NCBI GenBank assembly: GCA_965285935.1
Contig: OZ260663.1
Span: forward strand, 45,632,001 to 45,696,000
Direction of reading: 5' to 3'
Length of the DNA: 64,000 nucleotides
Source: Ophelia neglecta
Taxonomy: Eukaryota
Below the pieces are notes generated by a model. It had not been told where the DNA came from and did no database searches. It saw only the letters and a list, made by a program, of their open reading frames with translations. Both the position numbers and the translations under genes were made by a program. Each line of letters starts with the position of its first letter. Position 1 is the first letter of the stretch. Positions 1 to 12,594 of this stretch are shown piece after piece.

Positions 1-756
1 ATGCGTCTCCTTTTCTTCTCAACGTCCAGCTATTGCTGTAGATAACTTTTTCAAATGTATTCATGTGTAAAGATAATAGGTCGAGATTTATAAGTGCTGC
101 ATCTTCGTTATTCAATTACCAATGCGTTTCTAATTATAAAGGTATTGTTCTGATCAGGGCAACTTCCGGGCAGCGCAGAAATACTTTGTTTTTGTTTGAG
201 CCTTTAGGCATCAAATAGTTGTTTTAAAAGTTAAGATTCGACATGACCATGAACTGACATAATTATTTAATTTTAATTTGGTGTACCTTTTATCTTCTCT
301 CACACCATGATGACTATTTTCTACCTAAATGGTGTAAATGCGTTAAATTAAAGTGGCATCAACAATTCTCTAGGGCTAAAATATTCCCTATGATTTTGCC
401 GTGTTTCCAACTTGGAGGTTAAATTAAACATGATCTGGATTGCCAAGTTGATTTGACCATAGTTGATTATGTATTATTCCTGATCTATGTGATTCACTTG
501 GTTCCATATTTTACTCTGGTCCATCTCCGTTCTGTTTGCGAAACTTTTTTACTGTTCCTTTTTCTATAATGTATAATTTCAATTTTCTATGACATTGAAA
601 TATTAAACAATTCGTAGACAGCAATGCAAAAATACAGGAAAGTTGCACAAGACTAAAATATATTTCTTTTAAATTGTACAGAGATATGAACAATGATGCC
701 AGGGAAGTACGGTATCGTAACGCAAATAACATGCTGAATGAACACATATATGTAAG

Positions 757-762
757 TTTATT
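757..762 (-). terminator. Candidate TRHR polyadenylation signal AATAAA
   Basis: AATAAA on the minus strand ~790 nt after the stop, followed by CA dinucleotides and a TGTGTT GU-rich element. The true 3' end is not determinable from sequence. Confidence 0.4.
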
Positions 763-1548
763 GGAACATATTTCAGTTTCAAAATAACTAGAAATTGAAC
801 ACTAAACTTTGAACTTCCACCTTCCTAAATACTACGCAATACAAGATGAACACGTTGATTTTACCACTTACATAATAGGCGGAGTAATGAGTATTTATCT
901 TTTATATATTTATATTTACACATCATAATTGTCTTACTCTACAACAGATATTTAAAATGCTCAGACAAGCAATCAGCCATGTCGAATATATCAAACTTGA
1001 TTTTCTATCGACATTCCAAAGCAAACGTTTTCTGGTTATAATTGAAAGAACTCGTAATATGTCGATATACAGATATAATGAGAATTTTTCATTTTCAGTC
1101 AAATATTCATTTAGTTTGATTATCGGTAAAGACTAATTCATAAAGCTCTAACAATACTTTTAAATCAGCACTCATGAGCCATTTTTCCTTTTCTTCCCAT
1201 ATCTCTTGCTTGCTGTGCATGTAACTTCAATAGCTTGGGGAACTACATGTGATCTACTGTACTATGCTGCAATAGTTTGTTTAGCTTTGTGATAAACTCA
1301 TTGGAGCCGTCACACGACAAACATACTTCACATGACAACCGTTAATGACATTCCTAATGCCAGTGTTGAGACTCAAGTCTGAGACAACAAGTGTTGGAGA
1401 TCGACGTACTTGGAAGTGTTCTATAGAACCTAGTCGTCTGCCCGATAGAGTCGACTTGCTTGTCTCATTTCGTTGGAGCCTTTCCGCCTGTGCCTTTTCG
1501 ATGAAGCCTACTCGATTGTGCTTCCTCGATGGATCCCACCTCTGCCAC

Positions 1549-1884
1549 CTATCGAATATTACTAGGCTTCATCTCGAGGTGGTCGTGAGCCCCATGGTGA
1601 CTGGCCAAGTGGGTCACCTGAGTGTAGTAGTTGGATTGGTAGTTGACGTCACCACGCTTGTGACAATACAGCAGAGCTTTGAACGATCGCCGGAACTTGA
1701 CGGACATAGCGTTGTAGAGGATGGGGTTGATGGCGCTGTTCATGTAAACCATGATCCTACAGAACAGTAAGAACCACAAGTCGGTAAATCGCTCCGCGGC
1801 AAACGAATTGTAAACAACGTAAACACGATAGGGCATCCACAAAACGGCGAACATTCCGACCACTATGGCCAGCATCTTGATCAC
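1549..1884 (-). CDS. TRHR: TRH receptor-like GPCR, coding exon 2 (TM6, TM7, helix 8, C-tail; 111 aa + TAG)
   Basis: Acceptor tttaaatctctttcag|GTG at 1885/1884. Translation [20 protein letters not shown]...[32 protein letters not shown] matches TRHR TM6 (LWMPYR), TM7 (FCR..Y.NSAINP.LY) and helix 8. In frame with exon 1. Confidence 0.95.
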   Translation of the reverse strand: MIKMLAIVVGMFAVLWMPYRVYVVYNSFAAERFTDLWFLLFCRIMVYMNSAINPILYNAMSVKFRRSFKALLYCHKRGDVNYQSNYYTQVTHLASHHGAHDHLEMKPSNIR

Positions 1885-4344
1885 CTGAAAGAGATTTAAA
1901 AAGTGGTTAAAAGGGTCATCATCATTATCGAAGCTCTTACAAAGCATGTATTGGCGTTACATAAATCCAATAACACAACATAATTAAATTGTTACTGACA
2001 TACGCTAGTATAAAACAGTTTAGACTTTATTTAAGTCACACAAAAAATAAAACCTCGATGTTTCCCCATTTATTTCAATAGGGCTACGTGCTTTTGTTTT
2101 CGCTGCCATAAGAAATAAAACAACAGCGCCCTCAGCCTGGCGTGCGTGACTTTCTGTTCCCAGTACAGGCTAGAGAAGAAAACAGCATGCAGCGCTGTAT
2201 GCAGTTCCCCTTCAGAAACAAAAAAATTCAAACAGGCCAAGTTATAACTCATTTGGGTTAGCAATTTTTTTCATACAGTAAGATCAAATTCCGGGGATCA
2301 TGAGTATAGGCATCTGGCCCATCTGCTCATTACCGCTGAAGATGTCCTGGTAGGAGTGACAGTAATTAGAAAGATACATTGGTCGCTATAATTGAGAGTT
2401 GATTAATGAGTCTTGAAACGGATTAAATAAATCGTTAACATCAAGTTTCTTTACAGGTACACATGGCTAACTACCTTCGCCAGGGGTGCATTGAAGAGAA
2501 ACTGTGACGGTATAGACGTCTTATTTTCTGGCTCCATTTAAGAAAAAGTAATTTGACCATTTTAGCCTCTACACACACTTGCAATTTGGCCAAGCTTTAA
2601 ACAGGAATGTCTAGCACACTGTCTTGTCTGCGGTCAAAGCAGTTTCTGGAGATAAAACCATCGGTATACTATGAGGACTGTTTTACCACCCGTTATCCTA
2701 GGAACCAGTTGATAAAAGCACTAACAGTGCTTGCCATACAAAGCTTTGTTAAAGAGTACCAGCCGAATAATTGGCATAGAAAGGAGCGTAATGATGGATG
2801 TAGCTGACGGTGATGCGGCCCGACTGGCTCTAATGGGCGCCGACAAGTGGAAGGACATCAACCACCTTCCCAGACCCATCGCCAACTTGGAAATGGTCAT
2901 TCAGGAATGCGTGCTCTGTAGACAGAGAAAAACGTAAGGGCCTTCATCCGGGCACGCCGCAGGAAAGATAACTTAAGCCGATCCATCACCACCGTCAAGC
3001 GAGGTTGTAGCACGAAATATCTCTTTTGTTTGGGGATATTGGTGGGGGGGGGGGGGAGTACTGCCCATTGTCTTTACGTAACAAATGTAAAGGATCGTAA
3101 TTTTCAAGAGTGCAAATGGAATATTTAAACTATTTTTAAACCGACTCAAATTCCTGAAAGTAAGTGTGACTTGGGTTTTAAATAAAATATCCCATTGCGC
3201 GGTGCAGAATTTTCATAAAGAGAAATAAATGCTTTATATTACATTATATACCCTCTGGTTCGTGGATTTTAAGGACACAATATTAGTTGCATATTTGTAG
3301 CTTACTTCAATAGGACTGGGAAAATAGCTTGTGCCCGTTATGTGTATGGACAGCACAATACAAATGAGCAATACACGTTATCTATAACCCTATACTGTGT
3401 CTACTTAGTCGATCCTAAGCTTATGTTGCTTATATTAAGTTTATTTTTAATAATGTTTTTATTTTTATGTTTATTTTTAGTAATGTAAACTAATATTAAT
3501 ACGATACATAGGTTACCTTTCAAAAGTTTGAATGCATCGTGCGTGTGTAACACAGACATGTCCAAATTACAAATTTATTTGGGCATAAAAAACCCAAATT
3601 TGAAACTAAAGAGCACAAACAGTTGAGCACTAAAATATGACAATCGGTGATTTATGAAGCAAATTTTAGTCCAAATCCAACGGAAATCACTCAATAATGA
3701 GTGTGTACAAGACTATCAAAAAGAAAATCAACCAAGTAATACCTAGCATTGGTGGATTTATTAAGTGTAATGACACATGTAGACACATGTATATATGCAC
3801 GACATATAGGCCTACCACCCACCGTAATCTGTATTGGATCGTTGCATTTCTAATCGCAGAGATTATCGTACTCAATGCACTACAATCGAGAAGAGTTACA
3901 GGAGCTCGCCGCTCGGTCGGAGCATGTACAAACTAGATGATGTATCCCGTGATTCTGCGCGCCAGCCTCTGAATGATTCAGGCTGATGTCTACTTCAGAC
4001 ATTTGAGACGCCCGATGGGAGCGATAATATGTGGCCTTTGATGGAACGCCTCTCCTGTGAAGTGAACAGCGTCATTGGGAGGATGTCATCCGGAGCTAAC
4101 AACACCGGACTTATACAGGGGTATCTCGCCTCAGTAACATCTGTTCACGTAATCGTGAATCACGAAAGTAGTCAAGTCAGGTGGCCCCTAGAGACTAACC
4201 CATGGCATTTTACAAGGGGCTAGTCTGATACCATGGGAGTGGGTAGCTGGGAGCAAAACGTTTGGTTTCTTTGGTGATCGGCGGTCATCTAGCTGTTACA
4301 TAAGGCCAACTGACACTGTATCCAGCGCCAAAACTGGAGATTAA

Positions 4345-4710
4345 TTGAAGGTTATGGAGGGCGATAGAAGGCAATGGAGGGCGATGAAAGTCAGTGAAGG
4401 CCGACGGAAGTCGGTGGAGGGCGATGGAGGGGATTGAAGCTGGTGGGGGCGATAGAAGGTGGGGAAGGGCGATGGAGAGCGATTAAGGGCGATGGAAGGC
4501 GGTAGAGGGTATCGGAAGGCGGTAGAGGGGACTGGAAGGTGGTGGAAGACGGTGGAAGGCGTGTTAGGCTGATGAAAGGCGGTGGAATGCGGTGAAATAC
4601 GGTGAAGGGCGATGAAAGGCGATGTATGGGGGTGGAGTGTGGTAGAGGGCGATGGAAGGCGATGGAGGGCGGTGAAGCAAGGTGGAGAGCGATGGAAGGC
4701 GGTGAATGTC
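4345..4710 (+). repeat. Degenerate purine-rich decamer tandem repeat (GGCGATGGAA / GGCGGTGGAG-type, ~36 units)
   Basis: 10-bp periodicity is visible directly, e.g. ggcgatggaa ggcgatggag ggcggtgaag. Confidence 0.85.
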
Positions 4711-6591
4711 AACCATAGCGTACCACGATCAGACGAGCCTGCCCGCGCTCCATTTTGCCGCGCATCGATCTAAAGTTGGGCTTGGAAAACTTAATAAATT
4801 AAACATTAGCTGTTAACACCCGACTTCGGAGGGACTACTGAATCCTTTCTAATGAGGCAAAGGACCAGGTATTTAAGGGACCTTTGGATACCCACGGGCA
4901 CTGCCTAATTGTGATGCAGGGGAAAAGAAGCTAACCTTCAGACAACGCGCCATGAGATTTATTGAAGGCCTAGGCTTCCACCATTATGGTAGAATCACCA
5001 CACCTGCTTCACGATAAAAAAGACAGGAAGAAGATCAATCAACCGATGGGTTATTATAAGCCGGTACATTTGATTATCCTTGGTGTCCTTTGTCTTGTTG
5101 CAACCGGAAAATTGATTCAGTAAATATAGCTGCAATCTAATATGCCATTTGTAACCTACAGTTAGAGTCATTCGCCGTAGATAATAAGTAAAATGTTGTT
5201 TATTTTACTCAAGCTTTAAAAAGCTGTAAAAAAAACTTTAAAACAAATTACAGATTGCTTTCGCTTTACAAGAGATACGATATACTATAGCTCAATCCGA
5301 TTGTTAGATTATTATTTCAGCCGCAGGAAGGTCGCAAGCTTTCGAAATCACGCAAGAGGTTTATCTGGTCAAATACTTGAGATTTATTACGTCACGTGGA
5401 GGTGGAAAAAAAGGCTTCCGTTGACTAGTCGCGAGAAGGCCTCACAAAGCAAGACGCGCCGCCATCGATACCGAGATGGAGGCTGCTGTGAGATTTGTGA
5501 TCATGTACGTCATCCATTCCTTGCAGGTTCCGGCTAGAAAGGCAGATCCGCAGTAAATTTTTTTGGAGACCCATGTGTGTTTGCCATACAGTGCTTTGCC
5601 CTTAAGATCACCCCGTGTACTGTTATTAATAACGTAATATTATATCCCATTCAAGGCGACCTGCTCCTAACCGGATATGTTTCAACCGAAAACGATGAAA
5701 TATATCGCATGTTGCTATAAAGTTAGCTAGTTCCTTCTGGACTCCCAGCTTCTGATTCGATTAATATAAACTAATTAAATGAGAAAGGGACCGAATCTTT
5801 CTCTAAAATTTCATTTTTTCTAATCAGTGTTAATTTTAGTATATTATAGTGAAACATATTTCAGCTACTTTGTGATAACCAAATCCACTTCAGTGCCTTG
5901 CGGGAACTCTCGACAGCTAGGCCAAGCATATGGCAATTAGAAACTTTCTCGCTTTTATGAACAGGCAAGCCTATCTATATATAACTTGGATATGATATGA
6001 CATTTTTGTCTATCTTTGAGGGCAGTATGTCTTAGTACATTTCGTTCTAGCTAGGCAAAAAAGAACATTCTAAGAATTGTCCATTTTACTCCTAAATGCC
6101 TTTTAGAAGTAGCTTCCGGGAAGACTTCTGCATTTACGCCGGCAATGGTATTGAAAGAGGGGGCATCGTTCAACTTGTCATTGTGGTTCAGTCCGAATGC
6201 ATTTAGAGACTCTACTCCAATTTCTGTTATTTAGAGAAAGAGACACCGTCAAGCTTCTTCTCCTGCTTAAGGCGTAAACAAGGCAATACTCTGCGCAGTA
6301 CAAGACAGGTGGAAGGAGACATCAGACAATAGGAACACGGTGTTTATGAAGAAAAAAATAATTTGAAATATATATATATTAAGTGGCTATAGTTCCACTA
6401 GTTTCACAATCGAAAAAATATTTTGTTGGTAATAGCCCTTCGGGTTGATGACACAACTGGACACTATATTGGACATAGAAATCCCTAGAGTACATTCATT
6501 ATTGTTATACCTTAACATTTTTACCACACTGCAGCAAAAGATATATGACTGAATTTAAACGGGTAATACCAACTCAGTTTAAAATTATGTA

Positions 6592-6777
6592 CAGTGAAAC
6601 CTGTGAATTAAGACCACCCAAGGGACTGGAAAATACTGGTCTGATTTCAGAGGTGGTCTGTTTAGAAAGGTTATTCAACATTGAAAGTACATATGTATAT
6701 ATGGCGGTCCCCATGTTAGTGGTCTGAATTGACAGGTGGTCTGATTATAGAGGTGGTTTTTAAGGCAGGTTTCACTG
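6592..6777 (+). mobile_element. Tc1/mariner-pogo-type MITE, copy A (186 bp)
   Basis: TIRs CAGTGAAACCTG...CAGGTTTCACTG, TA on both sides, repeated internal AGGTGGTCTG motifs. Confidence 0.9.
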
Positions 6778-6915
6778 TAGTTGACAATCATGTCCAGTTA
6801 AAGATAATACACCGAGGTGCAAATATTAACATAGCCATAACTAACCATTTTCCCTTTTGGCCTAATATTAATCGTGAGTAGGCCTATAGGAATTACAAAA
6901 TGAGACCTTGTGTCA

Positions 6916-7101
6916 CAGTGTAAACCTGTCTTAAAGTTCATCTCTATATTTATATAGACTACATTACAATTCAGACCACAAAAATGAAGGCTTTAAGCAT
7001 ACTTTTCATGTAAAATGACTTGTCAAAAAGACCGCCTCCATAATCAGACATTGATTTACCTGTCTCTTCGGGGAGTGGTCTTTAATTCCCAGGTTTCACT
7101 G
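6916..7101 (-). mobile_element. Same MITE family, diverged copy B in inverted orientation
   Basis: CAGTGTAAACCTG...CAGGTTTCACTG|TA. Aligns end to end with the reverse complement of copy A. Confidence 0.8.
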
Positions 7102-9475
7102 TACACATTCAAAATATACGAGGTGTCTGCCTGGACTGCATTCAGAAGCTTGGTAAAAATAATATGTTTATAGAATTGGTCCATGAAACTTGATTTGTTT
7201 CAGAGCTTATGAGTATGTCACGAATTACATCGTGGATAAAACTTAGACCAAACAAAATCTGTAGTCAGTTCTAAGTATGCAGTCTGCATGTCACCGATGG
7301 GTGAATAACAAAATAGTGATAGTCGAGGTGTAGCCCAGATAGTTTACCACAGTCACCGAATTAATGCACTACGTCTGATGCTTTTTGTTAGATTTACCCC
7401 CAGGTCGTACAAGTCGCTATGAATATTTGAAGGTCAGAGGAAGCTTAGCCGTTATTTGAGCCCGTTTAGCGAATAGATCCAGGAAGCTTCATTACATCTG
7501 AAACTAACTATCATCCTTTTTATCAATGTTTCATTGTTATGGCCGCGGCTAAAGCTATTGCCTTGAGCACACTCGCTTCACTCTATTTATTTAGCTTATT
7601 AGATCCTCGGAGACAACTTCTTGTCTGTACTTTTTGTTTAAATCGGTTTCTGAGATTACTTCGTTTAATCAACGAAAGAAAAAGTGACGGGAAAGCGAAC
7701 GTGTTAGCAAAATAATCTACACTATTTATAATTACATAACCCAAATAAAACCCGTTCATCTTAATTTGTAATGTATGAGTATAACTGGGTTAGGACAGGG
7801 TAAACATTGAGTTCCTATTAGACCAATAGCAAGTAGCTACTTTCGCCATTGTTTTTTTTTGCCGATAACACAATGCCTCTGATGTACTTACATCCCATCT
7901 TAAGACATACAGACAAAAGATCGTGCACATCACCGGTGTTCCTACCAGCGGCCAGTGATTCAGGTGGCCCGCAGTAAAGTGAGGCGGAGAAGGGCGGTTT
8001 CACAGCTGTCGGCATCTGCGCAAAGTAAGCATAACTGTGGTACTGAAAACAAACAAACCTCACGCTGGCTTAGACCTTATTTCCAACTCTGCTATACACA
8101 TATTTATATAATATATAACCATATAACCATTACAATATGCAGTGGATTCAGCAGCAATATATATACTTTGTTTTCCACAGTGGGATACGGACTTTCGAAA
8201 GTTTCCAATTAAATTGGCATACGGTTTACTTTAAAAGTTTTCGGCGTGCATGGCTTATTCTTCTCCAGTGTGCTGCCGCCTTGTCAGCTTCCAAACACAG
8301 AATATTGGGTTTGGCATAGCAGACGAATAAGTAATATAAATTTATATACAGAGGGAAAACAAAAAGAGCCACATACAGCATTTGGTGCATTAACCAACTT
8401 TACAAAGATACGTTCTGAAGGCGTATATTGTTTTGTGTCAAGTAAGAGAGTATCCATGCAGGTATCAGAAGAATGTTATCCGGAGTAAGCTGGACGGACG
8501 GCATTAATCCGAAGAGAACCAGTCGCTGTCTACCCTGTTCACAGTGACAGTACGGAAGATCGAAAGCGGGTTATTTTACGATAGCTTGATTCCGTCTGTG
8601 AGCAGCATGATAACTTTCGAAAGACAATCACACCCTTGCAGTTCGAACTCCATTTATTGTTTAATCGTATTCCTGACACATTTCAAGCTATTAAGATGAA
8701 GGACACGTCATTGTTTTCGACCATGCTTATGCGTGTGGTCTATGAAAAATACCTCTGTTTAAACCTTATACCTTATACATCTTGAATATATGGTAGAGTA
8801 TTAGACAGAATGAAAAATATTAACTAAGAAGCAGCTAGAGCATAGCCCTGGAAAAGAGGTTGCAAAAATTTGCAGAGGAGTATAGGCCTACCTATAGGCA
8901 AAAGAAAATGAACCTTTCGGGGTTCGTTTAACGTAGATACGATTGTTAAATTTTTCAGGCGGTCCCCTTTTTTTTCGGGGAGGAATGATAAAAATACAGT
9001 GTAAATGGTCACGATAAAAACAATATCCCTACGGCGTGAGTGAACGTTTGATTGGGTCGAGGTTGTAAAAGAATAACCCCTCTGTCAGTTTCCGGGACTT
9101 AAAGTATAGGCCTATGCCGGGAAAGAGCCCATTTTTGCTGCAACACCTGTATACCGCTGTACCATGAGGAATTTCAGGAAACCATGTAATTTCGGTAAAA
9201 AAGCATACTCATGTGTTGAATTACAATTTGTAACAGAGTAGGCCCATAGCGGACATATATAGGCATATACTGACTCCAGATGTTTTTCCTTAGACATGAC
9301 ACAAATATAAATGGTGTGCGTCTCAAATTCAATAACAGTTCTAACTACAGAAGATTGAAATATTTTGCGTCTTTCCTATATCAATGACATCCAGTCTACT
9401 TCGCCCAGGGGACAGAAGACGCCGCTGCGCGAATGGCTGCAAGAAATCGAACTGGTTCTCCAACGGCCAGACATG

Positions 9476-9935
9476 GGCCATCTGCAGTAACATGGCTGTA
9501 AAATAATTGACCTTTGTGACCGTTTCTGGCCATGGGTCATCAAGAAGATTTCAAGGCCAAGCTTTTGGATTATCAATTTTAAATCAGTGTCAGATTCTTA
9601 CTTGTTCCATCCACATCCTCCCTAAGGAATCATCACCACTTCGATTCATTTCTACGAATGGTTTCTCAACTGAAGTAGATGTCAGTACCTGTCTCGAGGA
9701 ATAGATATTGAGGCCATCTGCAGCAGAATGGCTGTAAAATAATTGACCTTTGTGACCGCTACTTGGCAGGGGCCATCAAGAGGATTACAAGGCCAAGCTT
9801 TTGGGGAATCAATTTTAAACAAATGTCAAATTCCTACATGTTCCATCTCCATCCACATTATGGAATCATTAACACTTCGATTCAATCCTGTGAATGTTTT
9901 CTCAACTGAAGTCGATGTCATCGCCTGTCTTGAGG
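9476..9935. repeat. Diverged direct tandem duplication, period 236 bp (2 copies)
   Basis: ggccatctgcag..atggctgtaaaataattgacctttgtgaccg...ttctcaactgaagt.gatgtca...cctgtct.gagg occurs at ~9476-9699 and ~9712-9935. Confidence 0.9.
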
Positions 9936-11199
9936 CGCTGATACACCAATCGACAATTGCTTTCCCTGATAAATCCAAGCCGGTCATTACAACTGTCTGA
10001 CCCATGGTGACTAAAATGCCACTTCATCGATCCAATAAAACTATCGAAGCGCGAGACATTTTAGTTTTCTTGCATGCGTTAAGTCTCTAACCACAAAACC
10101 CTACGCCTTTTTTCAGCAGCAACCTGCCTCTGTCATGCTGTGAAAAAATGTCGTTTGAAAGGCATGTCCTTAGCAGACAATCGCCTAACTCGCTTTATCG
10201 AGGATAATATTCAGTGGTGTTTCGTGAACAAGCCATTTTAAGCTAGTGACTATAAACCAAGACACCCAAGGTATGGCAAAAATGTCTGAATGACGCCAGA
10301 AAAAAAGGTTAGAGTGTGACCAAACATTTATTATAACATGTCTGAATGGATTGAAGCGGAGTGTTATTACACATCGTAGATACCAGTAGCCGCTCCCCGC
10401 AAGCCGTCTGACGGGCTTAAACCGAGCTGTAGGCCAAATACGAGGTTTTTCTTCTACAGAAGTCTGACCAAGCAGCAAACACAGGCTGAAGCTATTTGTT
10501 AAAAGCATCAGTGAGTGTGAGTGTTTTACTGGTAATTTATGCTTGAGCATTTACGGATGGAATTTAACCAAAGGTCAAAGAATGCAAGTTTAACTTCAAG
10601 TATTGGTTCGTTCGTAAAGTGCCATGGAATCAGTTCATCCACGTCATTAGAACATAGCGATATGTATAGAAAAAAAACAGAGAAAAATTGGTGTTCCACC
10701 CGGTGACTCACGAATCAAGAAAATACCTGACTCGGGAGCGTGTTTCCACTCCGCCTAACAACGAACAGTTGCTTTCGTTTCAAGGCTGGCATGAATAGCC
10801 GTATCAATATATATGATGTGGACTAATCCGTTTGCCAGTGGACGATACAAATCTATATCGACGTGTGCGCTGCGATCTGATTGGATCCTATTCAAATATC
10901 ACATTCAGTTTGCTTTAAGACCATTTGTTCGACTCAAAAATGCTATATTATTTTTGTCATCATGGTTTGTTCAGGTTTGTCCTGGCTAAAAAGGGCCTAC
11001 ACCAACATTGTCTATACCGCTCGTAGAACTCAGTCAACAGTGTCATTTTACAACTTCTCTTTGTTGCCCCATTCATACGACCATGCCCTATAACCTAGGC
11101 CTACTATAATAGGAAATTGGCATTCATCTGAAAAGTAGTTTCTCGTTTTAATAATTGTTATGGAGCTCAGTTTAATTAGTTTGTAAACCAACAGTCAAT

Positions 11200-11560
11200 G
11201 TGTCGACATGGTGTACCCATGCATCTTTAGTCAGACACTCTGGAGGGTCTGGCCACTTTTCTCGGGCTTGGGGGATGCCTACGCTAATTGTTTATAAACC
11301 AGTCAATCCTTCACATACTTGGGTTCTGCTGAGAGATGCAAGGGCGCAAATCCAAGCAGTCTCAATCAGATTTAATCAAAAACGAGGAGAGGTATATTTC
11401 AAACTGATTAACCAGCAAATACTGCTCATTCTATAATTACTCAAATCAGCAAGGGTCGAGATGTTAACTAAACAACATGTTCGTCGAGTTTTCCTGTTTT
11501 CAACTACTCTGTCTTAATTTAACGGATCCTACGAAACTCATTCGCAGCAGGAGAGAAAGG
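11200..11560 (+). mobile_element. Possible Penelope-like element 3' remnant (GIY-YIG C-terminus-like)
   Basis: Translation HASLVRHSGGSGHF...RAQIQAVSIRFNQKRGEVYFKL loosely resembles the PLE pattern SA..H...GH...R.IKEAI.I...LNRD.G. Weak. Confidence 0.25.
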
Positions 11561-12364
11561 GTCGACACATGAAATATCCAGCTGTCGCGCAGACGACATG
11601 AAACGACGGCAAACATTTATCCCCGGCTTCATTTTCGGAAAAGCCACAGCCGCGTTACAGGCACCGCTTTCAGTTGAGGCGTTGATAACATGATATGCTA
11701 TTTATTAATTTCATTTATTTCTATGTAACAACGGCGGTTTGCCAAATCTTGTCTGACACAGAAGATAACTTTGAATATAAATGGGAGGTTAGAGCAGCTC
11801 ATATCTTGAAGCACTATGACCTGATTCTAAACCAGACAGACGACACGAATAATTAATTTTATGGATTTTACCAAAAAATCCAAGCTTATTGAGCTTTATT
11901 ACAAGGAAACAAAAAATATTGCATAGATATTTAGATGGTCGCCGCTGCACACATAACTTACTAGCGTACGACTGAAGGCATCAACAAATGAGGGAATCGT
12001 AGAAACAAATGATGGTATGCACATGTGAGAGTAGTGGCAATTTTTTAAAAGTTTGCCTCTCGAGTGTGCAATTAAGCGGCGGAAAATGCAAAATCGGGAC
12101 ATTTAGCAGCGAAAAGCATCCGTTGCCGTCTCCCTGGGGCATTTGTAAAATGTGAATGTATTGAGTTGGAAGGCCACATTCTTATAGGCTATAGAGGGAA
12201 GCGATAACTTTATCGGACAGAGGGACCACAGATTCGGTGTGAATGGGTAAAGCTATGGATTGGCGAATCCTGGGTGCCTTCTCACAGAATAGCGAGCAAA
12301 GGACAATTGAAGCGGTCACATGGAGGGAGATATGTTGAAAACTAACAGGGATCAATACAAAGTA

Positions 12365-12541
12365 CAGTGAAACCTGTGAATAGAGACCACCCAAGGGACT
12401 GGAAATACTGGCCTGATTATAGAGGTGGTCTGTTTAGACATGTTAATTTTTATTGAGAGTGTGTTGTATGGTATTCATACTAGTGGTCTGAATTGGCAGA
12501 TGGTCTGAATATAGAGGTGGTATTTAAGGCAGGTTTAACTG
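12365..12541 (+). mobile_element. Same MITE family, copy C (177 bp)
   Basis: TA|CAGTGAAACCTG...CAGGTTTAACTG|TA. Shares gaccacccaagggactggaaa and agaggtggtctg with copy A. Confidence 0.9.
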
Positions 12542-12594
12542 TATCTATATTTTCGAGATCGAGGCGTGAGGCATAAATTTAATAAACATTATAG

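Noticed and set aside
1465-1551. Stop-codon readthrough of the TRHR TAG (27 more codons)
   Set aside because: TAG-G is not a leaky context (TGA-CTA is typical), and there is no supporting evidence.
1345-1770. 141-aa + strand ORF
   Set aside because: It is the codon-register antisense shadow of TRHR exon 2 and has no recognisable protein features.
1885-1947. N-terminal part of ORF 1549..1947 (MLCKSFD...)
   Set aside because: It is intronic, upstream of the clear acceptor at 1885.
4341-4712. Pro/Ser-rich 123-aa ORF
   Set aside because: Translation of the decamer repeat.
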